DNA from: Botryllus schlosseri
Lineage: Eukaryota
Reading direction: 5' to 3'
Length of the DNA stretch: 64,000 nucleotides
Assembly: GCA_051294905.1 (NCBI GenBank)
Contig: CM119371.1
Coordinates: 20,152,001-20,216,000 of the forward strand
A model generated the notes under the pieces. That model saw only the letters and a list, made by a program, of their open reading frames with translations. It was not told the origin of the DNA and did no database searches. Numbering within the stretch: the first letter of the stretch is position 1; every line of letters begins with the position of its first letter. The translations under genes were made by a program, and so were the position numbers. This document shows, piece after piece, positions 13,865 to 26,734 of this stretch.

Positions 13865-16583
13865 CTCATCATTCGCCAAAATTCTCAATCTCGCTCTTAC
13901 TCCTCGGGATTACACTATTACCCTTGCATCAAAGTCATCTTCTGCTCGAGTTATTGGTCACGCATACGCGACACTTCGTATTGAAGATAAAGATTACGGC
14001 GCAACTCAATTTTGCGTCGTTGATGAACTGTGTGCCGACGTAATTATCGGTTTGGAATTCCTCAAACAGCATAAGAGAGTTATATTTCAATTCGGTGGGC
14101 CTAAGGGAGATCTCGTAATAGGACGCAAGCATTGTGCCGTAGCTGCCGCTAAAGTGAGTGATCCGCCTGAAATATTCAAGTTTGTCGACCCAGCTGCAAA
14201 GCCTGTAGCTGTGAAGTCGAGAAAGTACAGCTCAGAGGATCGATCTTTCGTACAGAGCGAGGTGTCGAAGCTCCTGGATGAAGGCGTTATAGAGAAGTCG
14301 GTATCTCCCTGGCGAGCTCAAGTTTTGGTAACCAAGGACCCTCGACATAAGAAAAGGTTAGTGATTGATTACTCGCGGACGATAAATCGATACACCCCTT
14401 TGGATGCTTATCCGCTACCAAAAATTGATGACATTGTCAATGAAGTTGCTAAAGGTGTTGTTTATAGCACGATCGATCTCAAGTCTGCCTATCACCAGGT
14501 GTCTCTCTCTGCGGCCGACCGACCCTTCACAGCTTTTGAAGCTGATGGTTGTCTGTATCAATTTCGTCGCCTACCCTTCGGCATCACCAATGGGGTCGCT
14601 GCATTTCAACGGTTCATTGATAAATTTATAGCGGACAACCACTTGAAAGGCACAATAGCTTACTTGGATAATGTAACCATATACGGAAGGAATCAGAAGG
14701 AGCACAATGAGAGGCTCTCTTCGTTCATGTCAGCCGCTGATTCAACAGGTCTGACTCTAAATAAAAATAAATGTGCGTTTGGGGTTTCGAAGCTCTCACT
14801 GCTCGGCCATCTGATATCCCACAATGATATTCGACCCGATCCGGATCATTTGCGACCCTTAACGCAAATGCCGGCTCCAAGCGATACTCGTAGTCTGAAG
14901 CGCTGTTTGGGCATGTTTTCGTACTATTCAAAATGGATTCCGTCTTTTTCCGACAAAGTGAAGCCCCTATGTGAAAATGTCGCGTTCCCCTTGCTTGAAA
15001 AACAGAGAAACGCATTTGAAACGTTAAAACAGAATCTACTTCGCGCCTGTTTGAGCTGCATCTATGATGACGAACCGTTTCAAGTTGAATGCGATGCTTC
15101 CGAAGTTGCGATCGCCTCTATTTTAAGCCAAAAGGGCAGGCCTGTTGCGTTCATGTCTCGAACGCTATCAAAATGCGAAATGAAATACCCCGCTGTAGAA
15201 AAGGAAGCTTTGGCCATTGTCGAGTCTCTTCGAAAATGGGATTATCTCTTGAACCGAAATGAATTTAAATTGATAACGGACCAAAAGGCATTATCTTTCA
15301 TATTTAGAAAAGACCATCCGAGTAAGATTAAAAATGCAAAGCTCACTCTGTGGAAACTCGAGTTGAGTCCGCTAAAGTATCAAATAATTCACCGCCCTGG
15401 ATCCGAGAATATCGGACCTGATACTCTGTCTCGGGTTTGTTGTTCGTCCCCAGGCCAGCCACACATGAGCCTTCAAGAGATCCATGAAGCGCTGAGTCAC
15501 TCTGGGATTCGACGACTTGATCACTTTGTCCGATCCAAGAATCTACCTTTTTCTATGGAGGACGTTAAAAGAACTTGTGCTAATTGTCAAATATGTGCTA
15601 AATTGAAACCTCGGTTCTTCATGTCTAATGAAACGAACAAGTTGATAAAAGCTACTCGACCATGGGAACGTATTAGCATCGATTTCAAAGGTCCCGTTGA
15701 TGGACCCAGAAAGTTTGTACTTGTTATTATTGACGAGTACAGTCGCTTCCCATTTGCTTATCCTTGTCGCGACATGACGTCGTCAACGGTCGTCAATTGT
15801 CTCTCATCCTTGTTTTCGCTTGTCGGTGTACCGGAATATGTACACAGTGACAGGGGTGCCTCATTTCTATCTAAGGAAATCACCGATTTCTTGACACGCA
15901 AGCGTATTGCCACCAGCAAGTCGACTCCTTATCACCCCACGGGCAATTCGCAATGCGAGAGGCTTAATCAGACTTTGTGGAAATCCGTCAAGTTGCTTTT
16001 GGAAAGTCGGAGATTGCCGGAGAGACATTGGGAATCGGTTTTGCCGGATGCTCTGCATTCCATCCGGTCGCTCTTATGCACGGCAACTAATTGTTCTCCT
16101 CATGACAGGTTCTTCAAGTTTGATAGGAGATCCATGTTGGGCGACTCCATCCCCGACTGGCTTCTTCGTGGCGGCACCGTACTTCTACGAAATTTTGTGC
16201 GGAACAAAGGCGACCCCCTCGTTAATGAGGTAGAACTATTGGATGCCAACCCTAAATACGCCTTAATACGTTACAGAAACGGCGTAGAATCAACGGTTTC
16301 CGTTAAAGATCTCGCACCCTACCCTGTTTCTACAAAGTCTTCTGAGGCGCTTGAAAGAAAGGAAAAAGAGTTTTCCGCTGTCTGCGATACAACGGAGCCG
16401 TCATCCGATGAACTTACCACCTCGTCCAGCAGCGAAAAAGATGGCGTTGCTTGTAAAACATTTTCTTCGCGTCGCGACGAAGTAGTGGAGCCCAGTAGCA
16501 GCGCAGATGTCGAGGAACCTCCACTGCGCCGATCCACGCGCATAAGGCGCGCTCCCGAACGTTACGGGCAAGGGACCTCGTAA
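13824..16583 (+). CDS. pol: Pol polyprotein (protease, RT, RNase H, integrase)
   Basis: Frame open from 13824, with protease LVDSGA at 13830. RT motifs IDLKSAYHQ, LPFG, YLDN. RNase H motifs CDAS, EKEALA, TDQK. Integrase HHCC and D-D-E (IDF, SDRG, ERLN). Confidence 0.95.
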   Translation, partial: GVLVDSGAYECYISSSFAKILNLALTPRDYTITLASKSSSARVIGHAYATLRIEDKDYGATQFCVVDELCADVIIGLEFLKQHKRVIFQFGGPKGDLVIGRKHCAVAAAKVSDPPEIFKFVDPAAKPVAVKSRKYSSEDRSFVQSEVSKLLDEGVIEKSVSPWRAQVLVTKDPRHKKRLVIDYSRTINRYTPLDAYPLPKIDDIVNEVAKGVVYSTIDLKSAYHQVSLSAADRPFTAFEADGCLYQFRRLPFGITNGVAAFQRFIDKFIADNHLKGTIAYLDNVTIYGRNQKEHNERLSSFMSAADSTGLTLNKNKCAFGVSKLSLLGHLISHNDIRPDPDHLRPLTQMPAPSDTRSLKRCLGMFSYYSKWIPSFSDKVKPLCENVAFPLLEKQRNAFETLKQNLLRACLSCIYDDEPFQVECDASEVAIASILSQKGRPVAFMSRTLSKCEMKYPAVEKEALAIVESLRKWDYLLNRNEFKLITDQKALSFIFRKDHPSKIKNAKLTLWKLELSPLKYQIIHRPGSENIGPDTLSRVCCSSPGQPHMSLQEIHEALSHSGIRRLDHFVRSKNLPFSMEDVKRTCANCQICAKLKPRFFMSNETNKLIKATRPWERISIDFKGPVDGPRKFVLVIIDEYSRFPFAYPCRDMTSSTVVNCLSSLFSLVGVPEYVHSDRGASFLSKEITDFLTRKRIATSKSTPYHPTGNSQCERLNQTLWKSVKLLLESRRLPERHWESVLPDALHSIRSLLCTATNCSPHDRFFKFDRRSMLGDSIPDWLLRGGTVLLRNFVRNKGDPLVNEVELLDANPKYALIRYRNGVESTVSVKDLAPYPVSTKSSEALERKEKEFSAVCDTTEPSSDELTTSSSSEKDGVACKTFSSRRDEVVEPSSSADVEEPPLRRSTRIRRAPERYGQGTS

Positions 16584-16616
16584 AAGCTAGTCCCTATTTT
16601 TCTTGGTGGGGGTGAA

Positions 16617-16835
16617 TGTGGTGATTGTTGTGATTGTATAAGTGCTGATTACTGTAATTAGTTTACTTTGCTCTGTTCATTCCTTTCGTACCTCAGTTGC
16701 TTATATCTGTGTTGTCGAGTGCATGTCCTAGTTCCGTGAAGTTGATTGTAGCTGAATTTCAGTTAATAAAAACCTAGAAAGCTGTCAAGCAGTTTCGTCT
16801 TCGTCTAGCTACGCTTTCCTCGAAAGGTCACCACA
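16617..16835 (+). repeat. 3' LTR
   Basis: Identical to the 5' LTR, preceded by a polypurine tract. Confidence 0.97.
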
Positions 16836-17835
16836 CTTCTCACTATAGATCAAATAGGAAAGGACTCCAACCTGATCGAAGTCAAAACCTCATTATTTGG
16901 TGTCAAACCTTACGGAGCACGAGCAGTGATATCCGGTGTTCCGATGGATATCACAGAAGAAAAGATCTTGAAAGGGTTATTTGAAATTGGCGTCAATTTC
17001 GTTAAACGGCTAAAGCGCAAAGTAGATGGAAAATATGAGAGCAGCCTCTCGATTTTGTTATGTTTCACATCTGAGACATTCCCTGACTACGTGCATTTTT
17101 CATACCTACGGTTCCGTACCAAACCTTATAACCCGCCACCGCTGAGATGTTTTGGATGCAATAGATATGGCCACACAAAAGAGAACTGTCGTGGGAAACA
17201 ATGCTGTTCAAAATGTGGGGGTCGTGATCACGAGGTTGATAAGTGTACCAAAGATTTATGTTGCATTGATTGTAAACAACCGCACAGTGCTGCTTATGGC
17301 GGGTGTCCGGTGTACAAAGAACAGGCGAAATTACAAATCATAAAATAACGTTCCAAGGTTACTCACTCCGAAGCTAAATCAATACTCAATTCTGAAACAT
17401 CCGAAACACAAGCTACGCGTCTTTACAGTGAAGCGGCGCAGGATAGCGCAACGCGTGTCATCAATCAGCAACGATCAACAATCAACAACCCAAGTCACCG
17501 AGCCACCATCAGGAAGATTCCGCTACAAACAACCTCTAATCACATAAACAAAGACATTGAAAGCAACCGCCCAAACAATCATCCTGATTTGGAACAAAAT
17601 AATCAATCTTCGTTAGCGTATATTGATCCGATCCATCTTATCGCACTACTGGCTGAAATAGTGAAGCTTACATTGGCGGCCTGCAAATCAGACACGGAGT
17701 GTGATGTATACAATATAGTATCCAAAGTTTCTTTGAAATATCTCGGTCGACAGGCAGATGTTGTCACGATGAGAAACATTTTCGTACCCTTCCATGATAT
17801 CAATGACACCAAACCGATGACAAATCCCACAAACG

Positions 17836-19620
17836 ATGGATAATATAGGACTAAACTTTTTACAGTGGAATTGTAGAGGATTATATAGGAAGCATCACGA
17901 ACTAAAACACCTTCTCACGACTCTGGAACGGGCTCCAGATGCGATAATTCTCCAGGAAACACACCTTATCGAAAAATACTCTCCGAAATTTCCAGGATAT
18001 CACTGTCACAGAAAGGACAAATCCCTTCATTCCGGTGGATTGACGATCTTTATTAAATCTTCACATAACTCCAGCATCGAAGCAGTTGCTACAACTGACA
18101 TCGAAGTACTTTGTGTGAAGCTTCATGGACTATCATTGTACAATGTGTACATCCAACCCGACTGCCCTTTACCCGACAGTGATGCGAGCATTTTCGAGAC
18201 GTTACCATCAAAATCCATCGTCTTTGGCGACTTCAATGCACATCATTGGTCGTGGAGTTACCAAACGAACCAACGAGGAACTAAACTTTTTAATGTCCTC
18301 GATCACGCAAACTTAGTCATGTTGAACGCTTCAACTCCAACCCATATCAATATCGCGAGCAATGCTGTCAATCGTTCTTCGTTGCTAGATTTAAAACTCG
18401 CTACTCAAGATATAGCCGCGAGATGCCAAACTGAAATATCTTCGTCGCTGCTAGAAAGTGACCATTTCGTAGTATTCACGAAGTATATGACAAACTCGGC
18501 GATATCTTATTTTTATCGACCACCATCGTGGTCTCTCAAGAAAGCAAATTGGAAGATGTTTTTCTCGAATTGCAGATGAAATGATCGATTTGTCCGATCA
18601 ACGAGAGGTGGAGTCTGCAAATACTATTCTAACAAAATGCATAAAGACAGCAGCGAATCGATCAATACCAAAGATAAAGAATATGGACAAGAAATCTGTT
18701 TCTTGGTGGAGTCCCGAATGTGAGAGAATGATTCGGAGGAAAAGAGCAGCATATTTACGAATGAAGCGCACATTTGATATAATAGACGTTATAAACTTCA
18801 AAAAGGCCAGGTCCGCATGCAGGAGAACTATACTCGAAGCATAACGTCTTTGCCGGGAGTCTTTCTGTTCTTCGCTGAATAATAAATCACGTTTAAATCG
18901 CGTATGGCGGGTTATTCGTAGCAACGCTGGTACAACAGCGCATCAGCAAATTCCTGATATCCGAGTTAATGGAATAGATCACACCGAAGACACGTCAAAA
19001 GCTGAAATAATAGGCGAGCACTTCGCTACCATAAGCAGATCCGATAACTACGCTTCAAATTTCCTCCTTTCCAAGTGTCAACGTGACCAGCATTTACATC
19101 GTGTCTACCTTTCAATGTGAATCTGGAAGATCCAATCAATTTGCCGTTTCAGATGTCGGAACTTAGGGAGGCACTACAGAGTCGGAAAATCTCTTCTCCT
19201 GGGCATGATTCCATAAATTATCAAATGCTGCAAAATCTTTCGGCGTCAGCCCAGACCGAACTTCTTAAGCTATATAACATTTCATTGAGAGATGGAAGGG
19301 CGGAATCCTACAAATACAGTTTTGACAAGGCATGAAGCTAAGCAAGTCATATTGAAATATTGCAAGCAAATTTGGAACCAACATTACCTCGAAGAAGTTA
19401 AAGGCTCTCATTTCAAACTTTTTCGTGAATCTCTTCATCATAGTACACCACCTCTTGAAAATCGCATTAGTGACCGAATATTATTTCGATTGCGCTCAGG
19501 TCATTGTGGACTGAACGCACACTTGTTTAAGATTGGAATCGCGCCTTCACCACATTGTATATAGCTCCTGCAATGAACCTGAGACGGATGAGCACTTTAT
19601 AATGAACTGCCCATCGCACG
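17836..19620 (+). pseudogene. LINE ORF2: AP endonuclease, start of RT, C-terminal zinc finger; RT core missing
   Basis: WNCRG, LQET, GDFNAH and SDH motifs. SPGHDSINYQML...YN (RT N-terminus) joins directly at ~19295 to C-terminal sequence. Frameshifts and stops are present. Confidence 0.88.
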
Positions 19621-19859
19621 AATAAATTTGTACTCAAGTAGAAGTAAAAGTAGCGATTTGCAGGTAAGTTTTTGATGTGGTATGATATTCATGGTGTTTC
19701 TACAACATTGCTCATTTTACACATGGCTGATATTCGGCATTATGACTCCAAATTTACCGACTTGTAGCATGGCCCACCTCTAGGCTTCTCAAGTCACCGC
19801 CTACGCGAACTCCGTGTCGAAAGGAGACTAGGTAACCCCCAATACTTAGGTAGGAATTC

Positions 19860-19935
19860 TCGAGCCGAACGCGGTAGGACTCGAACATATAACCCATTGG
19901 TTTGCAGTTTCGGAGCATACCACTATGTTATCTCG
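19860..19935 (-). mobile_element. tRNA-like/SINE head
   Basis: Minus strand has TAACATAGTGG (A-like) and GTTCGAGTCC (B box). Confidence 0.45.
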
Positions 19936-20671
19936 TACACTATCTAGTTTTGTCTGAAAACCGCCATGTAGAATTATAAGAACTCCAAAATCATAACCAC
20001 TTGAATGTACAATTGAATACTATATTCATATTGAAATGAACCCGAATATTTCCGCCTGCCATTCGTCAGAGGTAATCGTCTGTAAACAGTATAGAGAATT
20101 GTATAAGCAGGCCTACTGTTTTTGGTGTTGTCTACATGTATTTCTTATTCACGTGAGGCTGGTGGTCGTTATAGCCCATTTCTATGTATACCCTGACATT
20201 TTCTGCAGCCCTGTTTAAAATGTTGTGCCTGAAACTTAGTATGTGTACATAAATCGTCGTATTCACCAAACGATATGGCCGGTAGATAACGGTAGCGAAT
20301 ATAATCATGAAAGTGTGAGTAATATTGACAAAATTAGTCAGGGTGATGCAGCTCGTTCATTTGGAAGTTGTAACCAGCAATTGAAAATAAGGAGGATAAT
20401 TTGGTAAATTCTTCCTGCCGTTGCTTGGGTGCCAAAAGCTGATGTAGTTGTTGCTGTTATAGTATTCATGGTATTTCGAGTACCTACCTTGATCACATTA
20501 CATCAGACGGATTTACTTTATCATGATTTCTAATCTGCCGAAGAAATTATAGACAAGGTCGACTACGGTCCTAGATCGATTAGATAATATTTAAACTGCA
20601 ACGCGTATGGTTCTGTAGCGGACGATGATCCCGCAACCCATCGTTTTTTCAGCTGTGGAACATAACACTAC

Positions 20672-20990
20672 ACCGAGCGAGATAGCGTAATGGTGATGCG
20701 TCCGCCTTCTCGGTCTGTAGGTCGTGGGTTATGCCTGGTCAGACCAAAGACCCGAAAACTGGTATCCACGGCTGTCCTATATATATATCGACTTTCAATT
20801 AAATGGAAGGGCAAAAAAAACAGGAAACACAAGGACATCAAGATAATCAGTTTTGGGCCATTGTTAAGCGCCTCCTGCGTGGGCGGTCGTGGGCGTCTTC
20901 GAGCGATAGCCCGCGTTGCGCCAGCTCGGTCTCTATTGGCTGTCGGCTGTCCTACTAGGCGCCCAGGCTTCCACGGATAGCAAGGAGGAG
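20672..20990 (+). mobile_element. tRNA-derived SINE
   Basis: A-box-like TAGCGTAATGG and degenerate B box GTGGGTT, followed by GGTCAGACCAAAGAC...CTGGTATCCAC, a body typical of invertebrate SINE2 families. The 3' end is approximate. Confidence 0.6.
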
Positions 20991-21256
20991 AAAACCAGGG
21001 GTGCAGACTAGGTAACCAATAACCATACGGTCGTATCGCATCACCGTCGTCAAAGCATCTGGATGGTACAGGCTAAAACGAATACTCCCCTTCTCTCTCT
21101 CTCTCTCTGCCACCTCAACACTATGACTGGATGGAATATTGATCAGAATTTTACATTGTCCGTGTTTTGTAACATGCCTGGTTGTCATTTGGATGTGCAT
21201 TCAACATTACGGAATCCTATCATTTATGTCATACTTGGAACTAGAATCACGTAAAC

Positions 21257-22455
21257 CAGGGGTGGGCAAACTTTTGAGCTCGCGGGCCGCATCCAACATC
21301 TGAATCCATTCGCGGGCCGCACTATATAATATTAAGAATAGAGACCAAAACGCATATTGGTATTTGATTATATAGTGAAGACATGGAGATATTATATGTG
21401 CTTGATGTTTAAAACAAACAAAACATTGCTTTGATAACATCGCATGCGCGTCAGAAACATATATGTGGCGAGATTTCACAGGCCGGTTTACCCCAATACC
21501 CAATTTGTTAAAACTATAAAGATGTAAGTCGGTTGTCCCGATTCTTAGAACCGGATTGAAATTTCAATCTGTGAGCAGCGATCTGATCATAGATTTACTA
21601 ATTCCGCTTTTGGTTCAGTTCCAGGACACACAATGCTGACAGCATCATAACCATCTTAGCTTCAAACAAGCTTCTACTATGCGTATATAGAGATAGAATG
21701 GATAAAATATCAATAACCAAATTATACGCATACAGAGAACGAATCTACCCAAGACACGCGTGAATCGTTTTTTATAAGCTCACATCACTGAAATAAATAA
21801 AACTGGAGTGGCCAATATGATCTGAACTATGTCAATCTCGTTTAGGATTTCTGCGATGTTTAGCAGTTGAAACCTTTCAAACTACGTGAGCCTTGGGATC
21901 GGACTGTCGCGCCAGAAATTAAACATAACAAATTATGTAGGAACTATTTCCCTTAGAACAGTGGTTCTCAAACTTTTCAAGACAAGCCGCCGCCGCTTCC
22001 CCTCCCCCTTTATGATGATGAAAGATTTCGCGCCTCCCTTACCGTCATATCGCAAAACGCAAACAAGCTGCCAGCAAACCTAACGGATAGTTTGATCTTG
22101 ATGGCATGGAAGGTTTACGAATGTGGATGAGAGATTTTTCAATATGAAATTCAGACTAAATACAGCGCAATTAATATGAACTGGATGTAAATCGCGCGGA
22201 ACGCGAAAAAAAATTCCAGTTGAGCTCAGCTTCGCTTCTGCAGATGCTTTCACGCCCCCCAGTTTGGGAACCACTACCTTAGAATTATCATGGTTATGTG
22301 TACTAAGAAAACGTTTAATCAAGTCCTTACCCTAATTCGATTTTTAGTACGCATTTTATTATTGTTTTTATTATGTTTCTTTAGAGTCTCGCGTGCCGCA
22401 CAGAATGGTGTTGCGGGCCGCATGCGGCCCGCGGGCCGTAGTTTGCCCACCCCTG
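21257..22455. mobile_element. Non-autonomous hAT element
   Basis: TIR CAGGGGTGGGCAAAC; 8-bp TSD ACGTAAAC on both sides. Confidence 0.92.
21959..22276. mobile_element. hAT MITE nested in the preceding element
   Basis: CAGTGGTTCTCAAAC...GTTTGGGAACCACTA; TSD CCTTAGAA on both sides. Confidence 0.9.
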
Positions 22456-22914
22456 ACGTAAACCCTTATGAAATTCACGCGCTAATGAATTATTTTTGCC
22501 CGAACAAATCGAAGAGCACGGGGTTTATTTGAAAACGGGTAGATCACAATTTTGCATGCAGCACCTGGCACTTGTTAACGCGTTTCCGGATTCTTTTACA
22601 TTGCTTTCGGCTTTTCCTGTTTGTATTAGCGCTTGGTCTTCCACATGTCGCCAGCTTTGTCCGCAATTTGCAGCATCGCTTGATCATTCTTTTAAAAAAG
22701 AATAACGTTAGTAGTGATAGACCATCAGGGCACGACCTGCGGTCCGCGTGTCGATTCCATACAGCCACCGGCGTGTTTCTCGATTAAAGTACTTAACACA
22801 AGCCTATCAGTAAAGGATGAAAACGATTTTTAGAAATGCACTGTCATTTCTATATATACTCTTGTGACTATTAGTTAAAATGCGGTTAAGTTGTGCTCGC
22901 CGCAGGGTTGTAAC

Positions 22915-24460
22915 CAGACATGGGGTGATTACTTCATGAATGTAATCGATTGAGATTACGATTACTTCTGAATCAAGCGATTACTATCACGATTACGATA
23001 ACAGCAAAATCCGCAAGTAGTCGATTACGATTACGATTACTTTAGAAAAATAATCATGATTACTCACGATTACATTTATTTTGCTTATTCTTAGAAGTTA
23101 TCTTTGGAATACAACAATGCGTTGAAAAGGCCTCATGAGAGAAGGTATTTCTTTATAAATGAAACGTCATGACGTCATTTCCTGTGTATGACATAATATA
23201 CCATTGCATGATTTACAGAAATAGGCATTTCGGTGCCCGCTAATACCGCGCCGAGACACACCATTGTGTGTTTTTCCATTGTCCATAGCCGCGCTGGATG
23301 GTCGCGACGAATAGTCTTCTCAATCCCAGCCCCACAGGCCACAATACAAATGCTACCCGGGGCACCCACTGAGGGAATGATGAACACCGTGTAGACTAGC
23401 AGACAGGAGGTCACGAATTAACAACATAAAATAAAGTTATAGTTGTAAATTACGTGCCTAAATATTTGCGCTTGGCGCTAATTGACAGCAAATTCACAGC
23501 CAATCCAGATCGCATAAAATCGTGTTTCAGGTTCTCATGAAAAGCCCGTTTGTTAAAGGGGGGTCTGCGGGACTTCGCCCGTTAGAAGCTCTATTGATCG
23601 CCTTATGTCGGAGGAGTGGGGGGGGGAGCAGGATAACCATTTAAGAGAAGGGGTGGCGAAATGCTGTTTCGATACTAATTCTAGCTGCAATCCATGCTAA
23701 CATGGTATATGAGCGGATGCAAATCCAAATGCTGAGTATAAAATTGCGAAATAGAAATTGTTGCCCGTTTCAACTAGGGCCGCATGAGAATATGATGAGG
23801 TAAATAAAAACTTTTGCCTAAAGTCTACTCAATACAGATATTCCGAGCTGCCGTTATACGAGTAACGGAAAATAATGGCTCGGTTATGATTTTTATCAGC
23901 GGCTGTTGGTTTTAAATGCTTCGATGCAGAAATTGTCATGTTTAATTTGACGAGTACAAAATGTCACATCTTTTTCGGTGTATAAGTAAATAGGCCTACC
24001 GATCGCCAATCAGCAATGTGCTGATTATCATCCTGTTGCGAGGTAGTGGCGTCTGCAGTGTATTAATGACCTGACATAATGCATAGCGGGTCTTCTTACA
24101 ATCACATTACTACATGTATATCGAATGTCTATTTACTATACGTGCGGATATTTCGTTACGCAAAGAAGAACCAAGCTAATACTTGTGACGCAATAATCAG
24201 TAGAGGCGTTTGAAAATCCGACGTTTGTGCTATCCAAATACTGTTTTGAATCGCACTCTTCATTGTTCACGAATGTTCAGTTTATGTCGTGGGCATTGCA
24301 CAAATGAAAGTGATCGTTCTTTCCCAAAGAAATCGATTATATATATGATGTAGTTGATTACGATTACGATTACTTCAAATTTTTTTCGAATGTAATCGAT
24401 TGCGATTACGATTATTTGGAAATGCCGAAACGATTACTAATCATGATTACCCTATGTCTG
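22915..24460. mobile_element. Non-autonomous hAT-like element with GATTAC subterminal repeats
   Basis: CAGACATGGG...CCCTATGTCTG; TSD GTTGTAAC on both sides. Confidence 0.9.
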
Positions 24461-25987
24461 GTTGTAACAAGTCATACGTCAACCTAACTTTTATGATTTT
24501 GACTCCAATTAGGGTGAGTCATTTTCAAGTTATTTCTGGGTGATCAAATACGACTAAAAAATGACGAGCAGAGGTCCGAGACCGAGTCACAGCATTGAGA
24601 AACGGATCCGAGTCCACGTTATTGTGTTGACTGTTCCGTTTCCTATATTTCCCTTATGTTCCGAAGTACTGGTTGCATATTTACTTGACAGAAATAATCA
24701 GCTTTTCCAATTTTACGTTGTAGTTCCAGCGAAATGTATCCACAATGCGAGCATTTTTTTCAATTAATACAAGTTTATTATAATTCATGTAAAAGTTTAG
24801 ACCGCAAAGGCCTTCTAACACAGTTTCACCGCACTAGATGGGAAAATATTTCGGCATTTTATCTTATTTCACAGGGTGTGTCGAAACCCGGTGAAACGGT
24901 CCCATGCTACTTTTGAGCAGACGTAGGCAAGTACGGCTTGCGGTGCTATTATTTGCGGCCCGCAAGATCATGCTTGGAATTCAAAACGTAAAACATGCTT
25001 TTTTAATGTTGGTGCGTGGAGTAAAACTATAGGCTGTATGGACTTGACAGGAAATTCGTTTACTTTGAAACCTGTTCATTAATATGCCACGATTACGCTG
25101 CCTACGTTCCTCGCATGCGTAACCCAGATTCAAAGTAAAGTCAATGTAGCAAAGCATTGGTAGCAATTAAAGTCACAAGAAATCACTCTTTCCATATAGT
25201 TTAGTTCAAACTTCCTTTGTTGCCATTGTCACATTGCGCATTGTGCGGTCTGGTTTTCAAATTTCTACGTTATAAGTTTCCAAATCCCAAATTCGTAAAA
25301 CAAGTGAACCAGTCTAAATAACACTGTTCTAGTCTCGTAATGGTAGAACGTGGATACGGGTTTGAAGACAGGGAGAAATTGCATCATAGTTTGGAATCCT
25401 TACGGCAAATTGATATATTTTTAAAATTAACCGTCACTTTCTCATTACCTAACATCAACATATTATTCACTGAGCAGCATTTATTAACAATGCAATTCAG
25501 TATTAAAATTAAAATACGCTGCAGAATATAGCAGAAAAATTTCGCTCGGCCAGCCAACGTATTTTCCACTGCTCATTTGGCCCGCGGATGAAAATGATTG
25601 CCCACCCCTTCTTTTGAGAATCATATAGACCTCTGTATTCTTGTACCGGGCATGGTTATTCCACTTGATAACTAGATCATCGGAATATGTTCATCTATAT
25701 TCTATATGTTCACCGCGTGATATCTAGAAGCGAAGTAATTTGGGCTTTTCATTAATAATCATGGGGTTACCCACCGTCAATGCTATGTTTGCAAATCCTA
25801 AACTTTCAACTGCAGTAACTTCGCGTCTACGGGAACTGTTAGGCGTCGTTCGACTCATGGCTACCTTATCAATATCGACTTAGATTAACTATTAGTGTAT
25901 CAATTGTGTGGATTTCAATAAGATGTGGCAAAGCAGTTCTGTTGAATTCGTAACAATTCGCATATATCGGCTGTATGCTGTACAGTA

Positions 25988-26734
25988 CAGTGGTTCTCAA
26001 TCCTTTCGTCTTCGCGGACCCCCGCGGGCCCCTTCAAGTTCTCGTTCAAAATTTGCTCAATTATCGTAGGCAGTAGTCTTGGGAAAAACAACCACAAAAT
26101 GACTGTCCGTGAAAATAAAATCATAGTATATGCATGGCAATCGGTAGACCTTTATTATTTTGAAACGTATTTTGCAGCTGTGTTTATTGTCTAGAAAATC
26201 CGCGTCTTCGATTTGATATAGACGAGTGCCGGAAATATTTTCAAAAAGATGGTGTGATCGCAACACACATGGCAGCAAAATTGTGAAAACAAGTTTGTTG
26301 ATGAACGCCCAACCTAGTAATCTTTATCTAGCATATCATCGTGAAGTTATTCTGGAATATTGGTTTCGTTTATCACAGGAGAAAATGGATTTAGTGGCGT
26401 CGTTTCAATCCCTTCATTGGGACAGATTGGGAACAAAATTAGTAATTTATATGTCAAATGACCCAACAAAACGTCTCTCAATAGCAATATGTTTATATCT
26501 GTGAGCTATTGTCAATTTTGCAATCGAAAAGACTTTGCTCAGTAGAATATTTTATCTCAGACTACTATTCTAATGATGTGAGCCTGGAAAGTATTAGCAA
26601 TTATGAAGCGAAACTGTCTCATGCTTGGCCTAATTTCAGGAGAATTACGAATTAGGTTATCGATCATTTTACAAATTTAGTGGTTTCGTGGACCCCCTGA
26701 AAATGCTTCACTGACACCTGGTTGAAAAGCACTG
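25988..26734. mobile_element. Probable hAT MITE
   Basis: CAGTGGTTCTCAA...TTGAAAAGCACTG ends; no clean TSD. Confidence 0.55.

Larger units (their letters stand above)
12686..16835 (+). mobile_element. Full-length Ty3/Gypsy LTR retrotransposon (4,150 bp), recent insertion
   Basis: Identical 219-bp LTRs with TGTGGTGA...TCACCACA ends. TSD CTTCT at 12681-12685 and 16836-16840. PPT GGTGGGGGTGAA at 16605-16616. Domain order gag, PR-RT-RH-IN. Confidence 0.97.
12333..17843 (+). pseudogene. LINE ORF1 (nucleic-acid-binding), split at 12685/16841
   Basis: Removing the LTR element plus one TSD restores the frame (..ADKLL|TIDQIGK..AVISGVPMD). Knuckles CFGCNRYGHTKENC, CSKCGGRDHEVDKC, CIDCKQPHSAAYGGC. Premature in-frame stops at ~12396 and 17346. 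Confidence 0.88.
12246..19625 (+). mobile_element. Decayed I-group (APE-type) LINE, interrupted by the Gypsy element and internally deleted
   Basis: TCAGTT 5' end; ORF1 with three CCHC knuckles; ORF2 with AP endonuclease and the C-terminal LRSGH..LN.HL...C..C..ET.EH...CP motif. Outer boundaries are approximate. Confidence 0.88.

Noticed and set aside
20672..20750. Functional tRNA gene (also 19860-19935 and 43536-43615)
   Set aside because: A/B-box-like motifs are present but I could not build a convincing cloverleaf; treated as SINE heads.
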